Source: Patescibacteria group bacterium (lineage in GTDB: Bacteria > Patescibacteriota > Minisyncoccia > Phycocordibacterales > JACZSL01). From it: 59,847 nucleotides of DNA. The stretch is from contig JADFRL010000001.1 in NCBI GenBank assembly GCA_022561335.1, forward strand, positions 1-59,847, in the 5' to 3' direction. The notes beneath the pieces are model-generated. The model was not told the origin of the DNA and searched no databases. It was given only the letters and a program-made list of their open reading frames with translations. Made by a program: the position numbers and the translations under genes. Every line of letters begins with the position of its first letter. The stretch's first letter is position 1. Positions 29,687 to 39,010 of this stretch are shown here, one piece after another.

Positions 29687-29739
29687 ACTCGAGCTAGCAC
29701 GAGATCGTTACGCTCTTCGAGCGCACGAGAAATATATTT

Positions 29740-30174
29740 ATGAAAGGGAAAATTGATAAACAATTTATAGCAGTAAGAGCAGTCATCATTAAGAATGGTA
29801 AAATTCTCATTCTTAGAGAATCAAGTAATTACAAGGGTGGAACTAATCATGGTAAATACGATTTTCCAGGAGGTAAAGTTAAACTAGGTGAATCTATAAA
29901 AGATACAATAACTAGGGAAGTCAAAGAAGAAGCGGGTATAAAGGTTAAAATTGGAGAACCATTCCTTGTCAATGAGTGGTATCCTACCGTACACAACAAA
30001 AATCTTCAGATTATAGGAGTGTTCTTCTTTTGTAGCCCGCTGAGCACTGAAATAGTTTTAAGTGATGACCATGATGATTTCCAATGGATAAACCCGAAAG
30101 ATTATTTGAAATATAAACTCACTGATACCGTCCAGGAAGCCTTTACTAAAATCATTGGAAATAGAAAAAAATGA
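29740..30174 (+). CDS. NUDIX hydrolase
   Basis: Nudix box FPGGKVKLGESIKDTITREVKEEAG. Confidence 0.92.
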   Translation: MKGKIDKQFIAVRAVIIKNGKILILRESSNYKGGTNHGKYDFPGGKVKLGESIKDTITREVKEEAGIKVKIGEPFLVNEWYPTVHNKNLQIIGVFFFCSPLSTEIVLSDDHDDFQWINPKDYLKYKLTDTVQEAFTKIIGNRKK

Positions 30175-30199
30175 ACGGCTCAACGCGTTGAGCCGTTCA
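30172..30199. terminator. Perfect 28-bp palindrome between convergent genes
   Basis: TGAACGGCTCAACGCGTTGAGCCGTTCA. Confidence 0.7.
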
Positions 30200-30288
30200 G
30201 ATTAAAGCTCTCATACGAAGAAAGAGGATATTTTTAATGGTGATGCTATAACGATTACACTTAAATTTTAGTCAAACATACCAGCCGT

Positions 30289-32001
30289 CTATTTTTTCCT
30301 CTTCTTTTTATGCGACCTCTTGTGTTTAACCGCCGCCTTAATAAACCCGGTAAAGAGCGGATGGGGATGTAAGGGGCGAGCCTTAAACTCGGGATGAAAT
30401 TGTGTACCCAAGAAAAAGGGGTGGATGTTTTGCGGAAGCTCGGCGATTTCCATCAATTTTCTATCGGGCGATACACCGGAAAATACCAAACCTCCTTTTT
30501 CAAATTTTTCAATGTAATTCAGATTTACCTCGTACCTATGGCGGTGCCGCTCGCTTATAACCTTTTCGTTGTACATACTACGGGCAAGAGTTCCACTCTT
30601 TAAATGCGCAGGATATGCTCCTAATCGCATAGTAGCACCGTACTTATTTTCTTCAACAAGCTTTTTTTGCTCGGGCATAATGTCTATAACCGGATTTTTG
30701 GTCTTCGGATTAATTTCAACGGTGTGAGCATCTTTTATATTAAGCACATTGCGTGCGTACTCAACAAGCGCTAATTGCATCCCATAGCATAGCCCCAAGT
30801 AAGGAACTTTGTTCTCGCGGGCAAAACGAATAACTTTAAGCTTCCCCTCAATACCCGTTTCACCGAAGCCGCCCGGAACGATAATACCGTCATACTTTTT
30901 AAGTGCTGAAATCTTTTTTCCCTGCCTGCCCTGACTGCCATCAGGAAAGCGGCGAGGCACGGCTCTCTCGAAATCTTTTGCATTAATCCAATAAATATTC
31001 GGATGAACTCCAAGTTTATAGCATGAAAATTTCACAGCTTCTATGACAGAAATATAGGCATCTGAGAGCATGAAGTCCCCTGTATCAAAATACTTTCCTA
31101 CTATGGCAATATCTACAGACTGTTTAATTTCTTTAAGCCTTTTTACAAACACACGCCACTTCTTCAGATCAGTTCCCCTCCGCGTTCTTTTAATCTTCAG
31201 AAGGTCAAGTAAAAGCTCACCGAGATGATCCTTTTCAAAATTTATCGGCACTTCATAGATGCTCTCAATATCAGGAGCTGAAATAACATGCTCGACTCTT
31301 ACATTGCACGAAATAGCAATTTTTTCCTTTCTTTTCTTATCAAGCGGTACCTCACTTCGCGCAATAATCATATCCGGCTGAATACCGTATGAATTAAGCT
31401 GACGCACGGCGTTCTGCGTGGGTCGTGTTTTCATTTCGCCAAGTTTAGCGGGAATGGGCAGGAAACTCACCATAATGAAAAGCACATCATCAGGATTCTT
31501 GACCTTAAGCACGCGAGCCGCCTCCATGAACATAACGTTTTGATAGTCACCAATAGTGCCTCCAATTTCAATGAGAGAAATATGTGAGCCGTTTAAATCA
31601 GCGGCACGAACTATGCGCCGCGTGATCTCGTCACGAATGTGCGGTATGGCTTCAACACATTTTCCTTTATAGCCGAGGTTCCGCTCCCTCTCAATAACAC
31701 GCTGATATACCATACCGCTTGTGATGTAATCTTCATCCTTAAGTTCATGGTCCATAAAGCGTTCGTAATTGCCCATATCCTGATCACACTCGAGACCTGA
31801 ATTTAAAACAAAAACCTCACCGTGCTCGGTGGGATTCATGGTGCCCGCGTCCACATTAAGATAGGGATCAATTTTGATAAGGTTTACGATAAAACCCTTT
31901 CCTTGCAGAATTTTTCCAATCGAAGAAGTAGCAACTCCTTTACCCACACCACTCATTACTCCCCCAACAATGAATATATATTTATGGCCTCTTTTCTTCA
32001 T
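30289..32001 (-). CDS. pyrG: CTP synthase
   Basis: GGVMSGVGKG, KIDPYLNVDAGTMNP.EHGE, VPGGFG, GLCYGMQ, ERHRHRYE and QFHPEF. Confidence 0.97.
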   Translation of the reverse strand: MKKRGHKYIFIVGGVMSGVGKGVATSSIGKILQGKGFIVNLIKIDPYLNVDAGTMNPTEHGEVFVLNSGLECDQDMGNYERFMDHELKDEDYITSGMVYQRVIERERNLGYKGKCVEAIPHIRDEITRRIVRAADLNGSHISLIEIGGTIGDYQNVMFMEAARVLKVKNPDDVLFIMVSFLPIPAKLGEMKTRPTQNAVRQLNSYGIQPDMIIARSEVPLDKKRKEKIAISCNVRVEHVISAPDIESIYEVPINFEKDHLGELLLDLLKIKRTRRGTDLKKWRVFVKRLKEIKQSVDIAIVGKYFDTGDFMLSDAYISVIEAVKFSCYKLGVHPNIYWINAKDFERAVPRRFPDGSQGRQGKKISALKKYDGIIVPGGFGETGIEGKLKVIRFARENKVPYLGLCYGMQLALVEYARNVLNIKDAHTVEINPKTKNPVIDIMPEQKKLVEENKYGATMRLGAYPAHLKSGTLARSMYNEKVISERHRHRYEVNLNYIEKFEKGGLVFSGVSPDRKLMEIAELPQNIHPFFLGTQFHPEFKARPLHPHPLFTGFIKAAVKHKRSHKKKRKK

Positions 32002-32004
32002 GTG

Positions 32005-32946
32005 CTAGACTTTGAGATATTTTTTAACTGCAAGATAGCTCGATAAAGCCCCCAGAACAATTCCTGTCCCAAAGACGGCTATAAAAATTTCTGAAAAGTT
32101 ATTACTGTAATATATAAGCAGACTGGTACTTTCAATGGTCGAGAAAAAATTGAAAGGATAAAAGACAGGGCCAAACCACAGCGTCACTGGATAAAAGAGA
32201 GCAAGAGCCACTACGGCTGAAATAACGCCATACATTATCCCCGTTACAATGAAAGGTCCTTGTACATACCAATTACTCGCTCCGACAAGTTTCATTAATT
32301 TGATTTCTTCACGAGAATCGTAGATAGCAAGTCGAATAGTATTGAAGGTAATCAAAATTGAAACAATAATAAGAAGAATGGTTTTTAAGAGATTTGACTG
32401 CTCGGATGAACTTATAATCTCAGTAAGTTTATCTATAGCGGCTTTATTTTGAAAAAAGTTTACTTTTTCTATGATGGGTGTCTCTACTATAGAAAGGGCA
32501 TCATCACCTTCAAGAAAATTGGCAATACCTTCATATTGTGATGTCTCTTTCGCCTTGATGCTTAAACTTGCCCCCAGTGGATTTTCATCAAGCTCATCAA
32601 GCGCCTGAAGTGTCAGCTGATCATCTTCGTGACGCGCTCGAAAAATCACAAGCGCCTCTTCGCGTGATGTATACGTGACTTCTTTAACCTCCGGCAGTCC
32701 CTCAAGAACAGTTTTAAAGGCTAAAATATCGTCCTCGGGTGCCGTCGTCAGAAAATATACGTTCACATCCACTTTGTCTTTTAATTCATTGAGCGATTTT
32801 TCAAGCAAGGCTCCACTAAAGAGGAGAGAGCCAATAGCAAAAAGCGTAATCGTCATAACAAGCACAGCAGCAAGGGAGACAAAGCCATTTCTGAAGAAAC
32901 TGACAAATCCTGAACGTAAGATGCGTTTTGTATTGGTCCAGAACAT
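32005..32946 (-). CDS. ftsX: Cell division permease FtsX
   Basis: NPLGASL and FNTIRLAIY..REEI.LMKLVGAS.WYVQGPF; downstream of ftsE. Confidence 0.92.
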   Translation of the reverse strand: MFWTNTKRILRSGFVSFFRNGFVSLAAVLVMTITLFAIGSLLFSGALLEKSLNELKDKVDVNVYFLTTAPEDDILAFKTVLEGLPEVKEVTYTSREEALVIFRARHEDDQLTLQALDELDENPLGASLSIKAKETSQYEGIANFLEGDDALSIVETPIIEKVNFFQNKAAIDKLTEIISSSEQSNLLKTILLIIVSILITFNTIRLAIYDSREEIKLMKLVGASNWYVQGPFIVTGIMYGVISAVVALALFYPVTLWFGPVFYPFNFFSTIESTSLLIYYSNNFSEIFIAVFGTGIVLGALSSYLAVKKYLKV

Positions 32947-33095
32947 GATAGAAAATATAAAATTTAAATCTTAAAAATAAAAAGCTGGGCAGAAATATTT
33001 ACAATAATAATTAAGATGAGAAACTATTTCCAGATTTTCTTTGTTGTATTAAGAATTTCTTTCATTTTGACTCCTGCATTTTGCATTTTACGTTT

Positions 33096-33776
33096 CTACA
33101 GAACGTATCTGCCGCGTTTATCGTCACGGATGACTCTACCCCTATCAAGAGTAACGACACGTTTACCTAGCGAATCAATGACTCCTTTGTTGTGTGTGGT
33201 TAAAATAACAGTCGTTCCAAGCTCATTGATTTTTTTTAAGATTTGCACAATATCGTACGTATTGATGGGATCAAGCATACCTGTTGGTTCATCCGCAATA
33301 ACGACATCGGGTTGATTTACAATGGCTCGCGCTATCGCAACACGCTGTTTCTCGCCACCAGACAATTCATGTGGAAAGTTCCACATCTTATCACCCAAAT
33401 CAACCAAATTAAGAACATGGGGCACATCAGATTCTATTTCCTCGTCGCTGCGACCTGCAACTTCCATTGCAAAAGCGATATTTTCAAACGCCGTTTTGCG
33501 CGGCAAAAGTCTAAAGTCCTGAAAAACAGTTCCTATTCTTCTTCTAAAGTTAGTGAGTTCAAACTTTGAAAGCTGATGAATATCAGTTGATTCAAAAAAA
33601 ACAGACCCGCTACTTGGCCTGTCCTCCACAAGAAGCATCCTCAGAAGGGTCGTCTTACCAGCTCCGGAATGTCCTACGATTGAAATAAATTCCTTAGGCT
33701 CAATTGACAAGCTGACATCATCAAGAGCTATGGAATCATCTTTATACACCTTCGATACCCTGTCGAAATAGATCAT
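33096..33776 (-). CDS. ftsE: Cell division ATP-binding protein FtsE
   Basis: GHSGAGKTT, RRRIGTVFQDFRLL and LSGGEKQRV. Confidence 0.94.
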   Translation of the reverse strand: MIYFDRVSKVYKDDSIALDDVSLSIEPKEFISIVGHSGAGKTTLLRMLLVEDRPSSGSVFFESTDIHQLSKFELTNFRRRIGTVFQDFRLLPRKTAFENIAFAMEVAGRSDEEIESDVPHVLNLVDLGDKMWNFPHELSGGEKQRVAIARAIVNQPDVVIADEPTGMLDPINTYDIVQILKKINELGTTVILTTHNKGVIDSLGKRVVTLDRGRVIRDDKRGRYVL

Positions 33777-33797
33777 ACGGAATACAACTCTTTAATG

Positions 33798-34682
33798 TTA
33801 CTCCAATTTACGTTCTGCGTCTATGAAGGAATCCAGCTCTCCGTCATTTAAGACACTATTAACATCACGAATTTCAATGTTTGTACGATGATCCTTAACC
33901 ATTTTGTAAGGATGCAGCACATACGAACGAATTTGGCTACCCCACTCTATATCCGTGTGTGCTGAAACCGAAAGACCCCTGGCTTCACGCTTTCTATCCT
34001 CTTCTTTCTTTTTGTAGAGCTTGCCGTGCAGTATTGTAAGCGCTTTTTCTCTGTTTTGAACTTGACTGCGCTCCGAGTCAACGTGCACAGAAATACCGGA
34101 GGGAATGTGTGTCATACGTACTGCTGTCTCCCGCTTATTGACATTTTGACCTCCAGGCCCTGATGAGCGCGCGAAATGGATTTCAAGTTCATCATCGGGA
34201 ATGTTCAATTCCATCATTTCTTTAAACTTCGGCACAACTTCTACCAAGGAAAATGATGTATGCCGCTGCTTCTTAGCGTTGAAGGGAGAGAGACGAACGA
34301 GGCGATGTACACCGGATTCATTTTTGAGTGTGCCGTACGCTCTTTTCCCCTGAACTTCAAATGCAATATTCCGATACCCACCATGATCATTTGTGTGTTC
34401 ATGAAGTGCATACGAAGTCCACCCTTTTCTATCTATATATTTTTGATACATGTGATAGAGCATGCTTGTAAAATCTTCGGCGTCGTCACCACCCGCACCG
34501 GAAAGAATCGTTATAATAGCGTTTCCCTTATCGTATTTACTTCCTCCCTCTGCCTCTGTTTTAAGTCCTCGAAGTTCTCTAATAAGAGTTTGTGCTTTAT
34601 CCTTATCATTCCAAAAATCCTGCGCGATCATCAGCGTCTCAATTTCCCGTATACGGCTCTGTATTTTGCCTTTACCTTGCAT
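33798..34682 (-). CDS. prfB: Peptide chain release factor 2 (short form)
   Basis: GVHRLVRLSPF (SPF), GPGGQNVNK (GGQ) and WGSQIRSYVLHPYKMVKDHRT. Confidence 0.93.
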   Translation of the reverse strand: MQGKGKIQSRIREIETLMIAQDFWNDKDKAQTLIRELRGLKTEAEGGSKYDKGNAIITILSGAGGDDAEDFTSMLYHMYQKYIDRKGWTSYALHEHTNDHGGYRNIAFEVQGKRAYGTLKNESGVHRLVRLSPFNAKKQRHTSFSLVEVVPKFKEMMELNIPDDELEIHFARSSGPGGQNVNKRETAVRMTHIPSGISVHVDSERSQVQNREKALTILHGKLYKKKEEDRKREARGLSVSAHTDIEWGSQIRSYVLHPYKMVKDHRTNIEIRDVNSVLNDGELDSFIDAERKLE

Positions 34683-34765
34683 CGATCAATTATAACAAAA
34701 AGAAAAGCCGCGAGGAGTAATAAGATCGGATCCACGCATTGCCTGCCCGCCAACGCCTGAGACTA

Positions 34766-34841
34766 TGGAGCCGAGAGGGGGATTCGAACCCCCGACCTAT
34801 CGCTTACGAAGCGATCGCTCTACCAACTGAGCTATCTCGGC
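34766..34841 (-). tRNA. tRNA-Thr (CGT)
   Basis: GCCGAGA...TCTCGGCTCCA; anticodon arm ATCGC-TTCGTAA-GCGAT. Confidence 0.95.
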
Positions 34842-34908
34842 AAAATTCAGGAAGGCGGGCTGAGCTCAGACGGCTCTAACGGGACAAGCTGATTTACGCT
34901 GGCACCTT

Positions 34909-34984
34909 TGGAGCCGAGACCGGGGATTGAACCCGGGACCTCATCCTTACCATGGATGCGCTCTACCAACTGAGCTATCTCGGC
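34909..34984 (-). tRNA. tRNA-Thr (GGT)
   Basis: GCCGAGA...TCTCGGCTCCA; anticodon arm CATCC-ATGGTAA-GGATG. Confidence 0.95.
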
Positions 34985-35093
34985 AACGTAACTATAGTAT
35001 GGTATTTCAAACCCCTTTGCAAAAGATTATTGATAAAAATAAAAATTTACTATATAGTTTTTTAAACAGTCATAAAGACAAAATGAGGAGAAC

Positions 35094-35744
35094 ATGAAAA
35101 ACTTGCCACGACTCATTATCTTTGCATCCGGCACCAAAAACGGTGGCGGTTCAGGGTTTGGAGAACTTGTTCGAAACAGCAAAAAGGGAATGCTTAAAGC
35201 CAATATCATTGCAGTCGTTTCAGACCATACAAACGGCGGTGTACGTAGAATTGCTGACGAATACAACATACCGTTTGTCTGCTTTAAGGGTCCATGGACA
35301 GAAGATATGTATAAGAAAATCATCTTAGATAATAAAGCTGAGTGGATCGCACTGTCAGGATGGCTTAAGCTTGTGAAAGGGCTTGCCCCAAAGCAAACAG
35401 TCAACATCCACCCCGGACCACTGCCGCAGTTTGGCGGAGTCGGAATGTACGGCCGCTATGTACACGAAGCCGTAATGGAAGCATTCAGGAAAGGCAAGAT
35501 TACGGAGTCAGCAGTATCAATGCATTTTGTGACAGAAAAATATGACGAGGGACCCATTATTTTCAGAAAGCCGGTACCAATTGAAGAGATCGACACGCCA
35601 GAGACATTAGCCGCCCGTGTAAACAAAGTGGAGCATAAGTATCAAGCATTTGTAACAGATCTTGTGGTAAACAAACAAATAAAATGGGACGGCAAGGATC
35701 CGAAAACACTTGTGGTTCCAAAAGATTATCCTTTTCTCAACTAG
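35094..35744 (+). CDS. purN: Phosphoribosylglycinamide formyltransferase
   Basis: FASG...GSGF, LSGWLK, NIHPGPLP.FGG.GMYG..VH and HFVTEKYDEGPII. Confidence 0.85.
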   Translation: MKNLPRLIIFASGTKNGGGSGFGELVRNSKKGMLKANIIAVVSDHTNGGVRRIADEYNIPFVCFKGPWTEDMYKKIILDNKAEWIALSGWLKLVKGLAPKQTVNIHPGPLPQFGGVGMYGRYVHEAVMEAFRKGKITESAVSMHFVTEKYDEGPIIFRKPVPIEEIDTPETLAARVNKVEHKYQAFVTDLVVNKQIKWDGKDPKTLVVPKDYPFLN

Positions 35745-35933
35745 ATCGCGACCGTTCTATGTGAGTCTGGTGCTCTGATTGGAACGGGGATCAAAAACTC
35801 TTAATCTTCCCTATCTAAAACCAAATCAATAATTTGATCCTTAAGCTGACCCCTGGTCATCGCTAGATTTTAACACAAAACAATACCTATGGCGTTTGCA
35901 CAGCGGACCCAGAACACTCATTTCATAAGTGAA

Positions 35934-36056
35934 CGGGCAAGCAGGACTCGGGGTCAAGTTTCTAAACTCGCTTTACTCGTCAAGACCCCCCCGGCCTCGC
36001 AGTCACAGAGCGACATCGCTCCGGCCTTTGAGTGTCGGCGCTCGTATCGAGCTTCC
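35934..36056 (-). repeat. Diverged tRNA-end-associated element
   Basis: CGGGCAAGCAGGACTCGG (antisense of a tRNA-like 3' end), TCGCTTTACT loop, distal TCGAG; same layout as the Asp copies. Confidence 0.45.
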
Positions 36057-36755
36057 CTCAAGCGTAGGATGATTGAGCAATAGAGCTGCTCGATGACTTA
36101 CCCAGCCTTCAAAATCAATAAGCATAAGCTCAACTGAAGCGAGATTTGCACAAGATTCTATTCGCTTTAAATCACCAACAATTAATGCGACATTATTATA
36201 AGAACCAACCTTCCACGATGTACCTGTCATGTAGACACCTGCAATACTGTTTTTATTCCGATCCAAAAGAAGCAGAAAATATATCATCGGCTTATATTTT
36301 TCTGCACGATGCCACTCAATGTACGTGCCATCATAATGCATTACATTTTCAAGATCTATCGTCTCAGCTTTGACTGTAATATATGGTGAGGATATTTGAT
36401 TTAAAAAACTTCTTCCTTTATACGTCGCTAACACTTGCAGTGTCACCCCTTCCGCAACACTGGGTGAAAATGAATAAATAAGAGGGTTTTTGTATGGATG
36501 TAGATCAATCGGAGTTTTTTGTGCGTGTTCATTCTCTACCTTAGACGTTCCGATTGATTTGAGCCTATGGTATGCATGCTTATGGGAGGGAGTAAAAATA
36601 ATTTTGAGCGTACCGTCTGATTCATGCAGTCCACAGGCAATAACTTCATTGTTTGCATATATATTAATGAAGTATCGCGGCACGAAACCAAAAACACGCA
36701 CCATCCAGTCCATATTCCACACCAAAAACTTATAGAACGCCTTTCTCAGTTTCAT
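36003..36755 (-). CDS. Hypothetical protein
   Basis: 250-aa ORF; the last codons run into the diverged element. Confidence 0.7.
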   Translation of the reverse strand: MKLRKAFYKFLVWNMDWMVRVFGFVPRYFINIYANNEVIACGLHESDGTLKIIFTPSHKHAYHRLKSIGTSKVENEHAQKTPIDLHPYKNPLIYSFSPSVAEGVTLQVLATYKGRSFLNQISSPYITVKAETIDLENVMHYDGTYIEWHRAEKYKPMIYFLLLLDRNKNSIAGVYMTGTSWKVGSYNNVALIVGDLKRIESCANLASVELMLIDFEGWVSHRAALLLNHPTLEGSSIRAPTLKGRSDVAL

Positions 36756-36773
36756 TTGGAGATCAAACAGAAT

Positions 36774-37133
36774 TCATGATAATTTATTTTTGATCAATGT
36801 AATCATTTCCGGTACTGACTTTACACCATCTATTTCAGTATGTGATATTAACAGCTCAACTGTTTCTTTTTTGAGCAAAAAGATTGCAGGCAATGCTGTG
36901 GTTTCATTAGGATATTTTTCCTTAAATTCATCACGGTGAAGAAATTGAACTGGTTGATCCAATGAATCGATAAATTGCTTCCACTCATTTTTCATAGTTC
37001 CAAACTTACCATAGGTCACCATGCAGAGATTGCATTGGTACTCGTCTGGTTTCAGAATCCGTCTAGCAAAATCACTGGCCGCAGCAAATAATGATGAGTC
37101 AGCGTTGTAGATAAATAAGAGTGTACTCTTCAT
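36774..37133 (-). CDS. Conserved hypothetical protein (YNADS...CxLCxxT family)
   Basis: LLFIYNADS, YQCNLCMVTYG and FLHRDEF; TATACT 8 nt upstream. Confidence 0.82.
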   Translation of the reverse strand: MKSTLLFIYNADSSLFAAASDFARRILKPDEYQCNLCMVTYGKFGTMKNEWKQFIDSLDQPVQFLHRDEFKEKYPNETTALPAIFLLKKETVELLISHTEIDGVKSVPEMITLIKNKLS

Positions 37134-37233
37134 ACATGCACAGTATAACAAAGTCTTTGATTTCAAAGTAGCAAATTTCTCAGCCTGCAAGAAACTAAAA
37201 ATAACCAGGAGATACCTGACTGCTTTCAGTTTT

Positions 37234-37432
37234 GCGCGGCGGACGGGACTCGGTCACGAGTCACTAAATATTCTACCGCGCTGTGCTTGTAGAATATTAA
37301 GTGCTCTCGACCCCGACTCAGCCCTCCCTCGTCCCCCGGACGCGGGCTTCTGTCTTTCGAGTCCCGTCTTCTACCACAATAGAAAGTAAAATCACCCAGA
37401 AAAATATCTGGGTAATTTTACTTCTGCGCGGC
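37234..37432 (-). repeat. 199-bp repeat, copy A (tRNA-Asp 3' end + structured element + hairpin)
   Basis: 188/199 identical to 38812-39010. Confidence 0.93.
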
Positions 37433-37517
37433 ATCGTGGGCGATGTTAGAACTATTTTCATAAATAAAGGTGACGCTGTTGTGTACTTTCCAGAGATAGG
37501 GGTTATATAAAAAGGAA

Positions 37518-37562
37518 ACCGCCCGACCAAGAGAGCCGAGGCGGTCTCTTTGGTGGGCGGTA
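37518..37562 (-). terminator. Terminator-like hairpin
   Basis: ACCGCCC.ACCAAGAGAG...CTCTTTGGTGGGCGGT just downstream of the 361-aa gene. Confidence 0.6.
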
Positions 37563-37571
37563 GGTAAGCTG

Positions 37572-38657
37572 TTATGCCGCAGCACTTAGCTCGGCAATTC
37601 TTTGAAGGACCTCTGCACGATTGGAGACTCGGTAGAGCTTCTTGAGAGTACCCACCGTTGTAGCATTGGCGAGAGTCTTGGTATACGCACTCTTCCCAAC
37701 TGCGCTACCTAACTCCCCTAGGCGTCGAGCTGCGCTTAGCACATCCAGAAGTCGCTCAAAGGTGTCAGCTTGTTCAAGCTCCTTTGCGAGAAGTTCAAGC
37801 TCCTTTTCAAGGAAGCGGTGACGTATCTCTTTAGCGAGCTTTTGTTCCTCTTTGTCTCGCCATAGAGATTTGTAATCAAGGCGAGATGCTTCCTCCAAAG
37901 AGGAGACCAATTCGGCAAGCCTTTGGAAAAGTAGTTTTCCATCGATTTGCCCATCGAGCTTCTCTACATCATTGAAAGTCTGTGCTTGAGCAAGAGCTTG
38001 CTCGGAAAGTTCGCGGCGTTTCTGCGACAAAATCTCTGCAGCTTGTCCTTCGAGGTATGCTCCCAACAAAGTTTGAACGTCCTTGAGTGTTTCAATCTTG
38101 CTGCACCAACCAATGAGCCCCTCGCTACAGTCGCAAAACAATGGGGCGTATCGGTAATCGCTGTGAATGCGAAGTGCTTCTTTCAACGAAGGTGCGTTCC
38201 TCGTCGCCTCAATCGCCACCTTGTGCAAGTGGGCCCGCGCAGCTTCTTCCTCGATACTGCGATATTGGCAGTAGTCTCGGACCTTGCCCCACAAGTGCGT
38301 TGCATCATCCAAGGTTTTTGCAAGGGAAACAACTTTCTCTAGTGCTTCCTTACGTATACTTGCGTGTCCGAATGCCCACTCAATGATGAAGTGGGCGTCA
38401 GCGTACGTGCTGGCTAACCTCACTTTCTCCAAAATGATTTTGCGGAGTTTTGATTTGGCCGCTGCATACAACTCCTCATTTCTGGCTCGTTCAGAGTGCC
38501 CAGAAGCCCAGCCATGAATCGAGCTGACTTCCTCAATAGTCTCGACTACCCTGAGAAGCTCCAAATCAATAGGAATGCCAAGGTCCTCGGCTATGAGGTC
38601 GATGCGGGAATCCATTTCCCGCGACAGCTTCAAAGCCATTAGTGCGGATTTGCTCAT
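37572..38657 (-). CDS. Hypothetical alpha-helical protein
   Basis: 361 aa, GGAGG RBS, Ala/Leu/Glu-rich; lies between the two 199-bp repeats. Confidence 0.8.
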   Translation of the reverse strand: MSKSALMALKLSREMDSRIDLIAEDLGIPIDLELLRVVETIEEVSSIHGWASGHSERARNEELYAAAKSKLRKIILEKVRLASTYADAHFIIEWAFGHASIRKEALEKVVSLAKTLDDATHLWGKVRDYCQYRSIEEEAARAHLHKVAIEATRNAPSLKEALRIHSDYRYAPLFCDCSEGLIGWCSKIETLKDVQTLLGAYLEGQAAEILSQKRRELSEQALAQAQTFNDVEKLDGQIDGKLLFQRLAELVSSLEEASRLDYKSLWRDKEEQKLAKEIRHRFLEKELELLAKELEQADTFERLLDVLSAARRLGELGSAVGKSAYTKTLANATTVGTLKKLYRVSNRAEVLQRIAELSAAA

Positions 38658-38811
38658 TTCATCCTCCGTGGTCTATATGACGTCTGGGACAATCATATAC
38701 TTTCACATAGGTTTTGTCATTTGAAAGCAAAAATTATTATACTAAAGTTTCAGTTCCAACGTCCCGTGAGTATACACAAAAGAACCTTACGTAGTAAGGC
38801 TCTTTTCGCAA

Positions 38812-39010
38812 GCGCGGCGGACGGGACTCGGTCACGAGTCACTAAGTATTTTAGTTCGCTTTGCTTCTAAAATACTAAGTGCTCTCGACCCCGACTCAGC
38901 CCTCCCTCGTCCCCCGGACGCGGGCTTCTGTCTTTCGAGTCCCGTCTTCTACCACAATAGAAAGTAAAATCACCCAGAAAAATATCTGGGTGATTTTACT
39001 TTTGCGCGGC
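38812..39010 (-). repeat. 199-bp repeat, copy B
   Basis: Abuts the 3' end of tRNA-Asp; matches copy A. Confidence 0.93.

Noticed and set aside
37301..37530. Short ORFs over the 199-bp repeat
   Set aside because: They are translations of the repeat element; only the DVRT tail is discussed.
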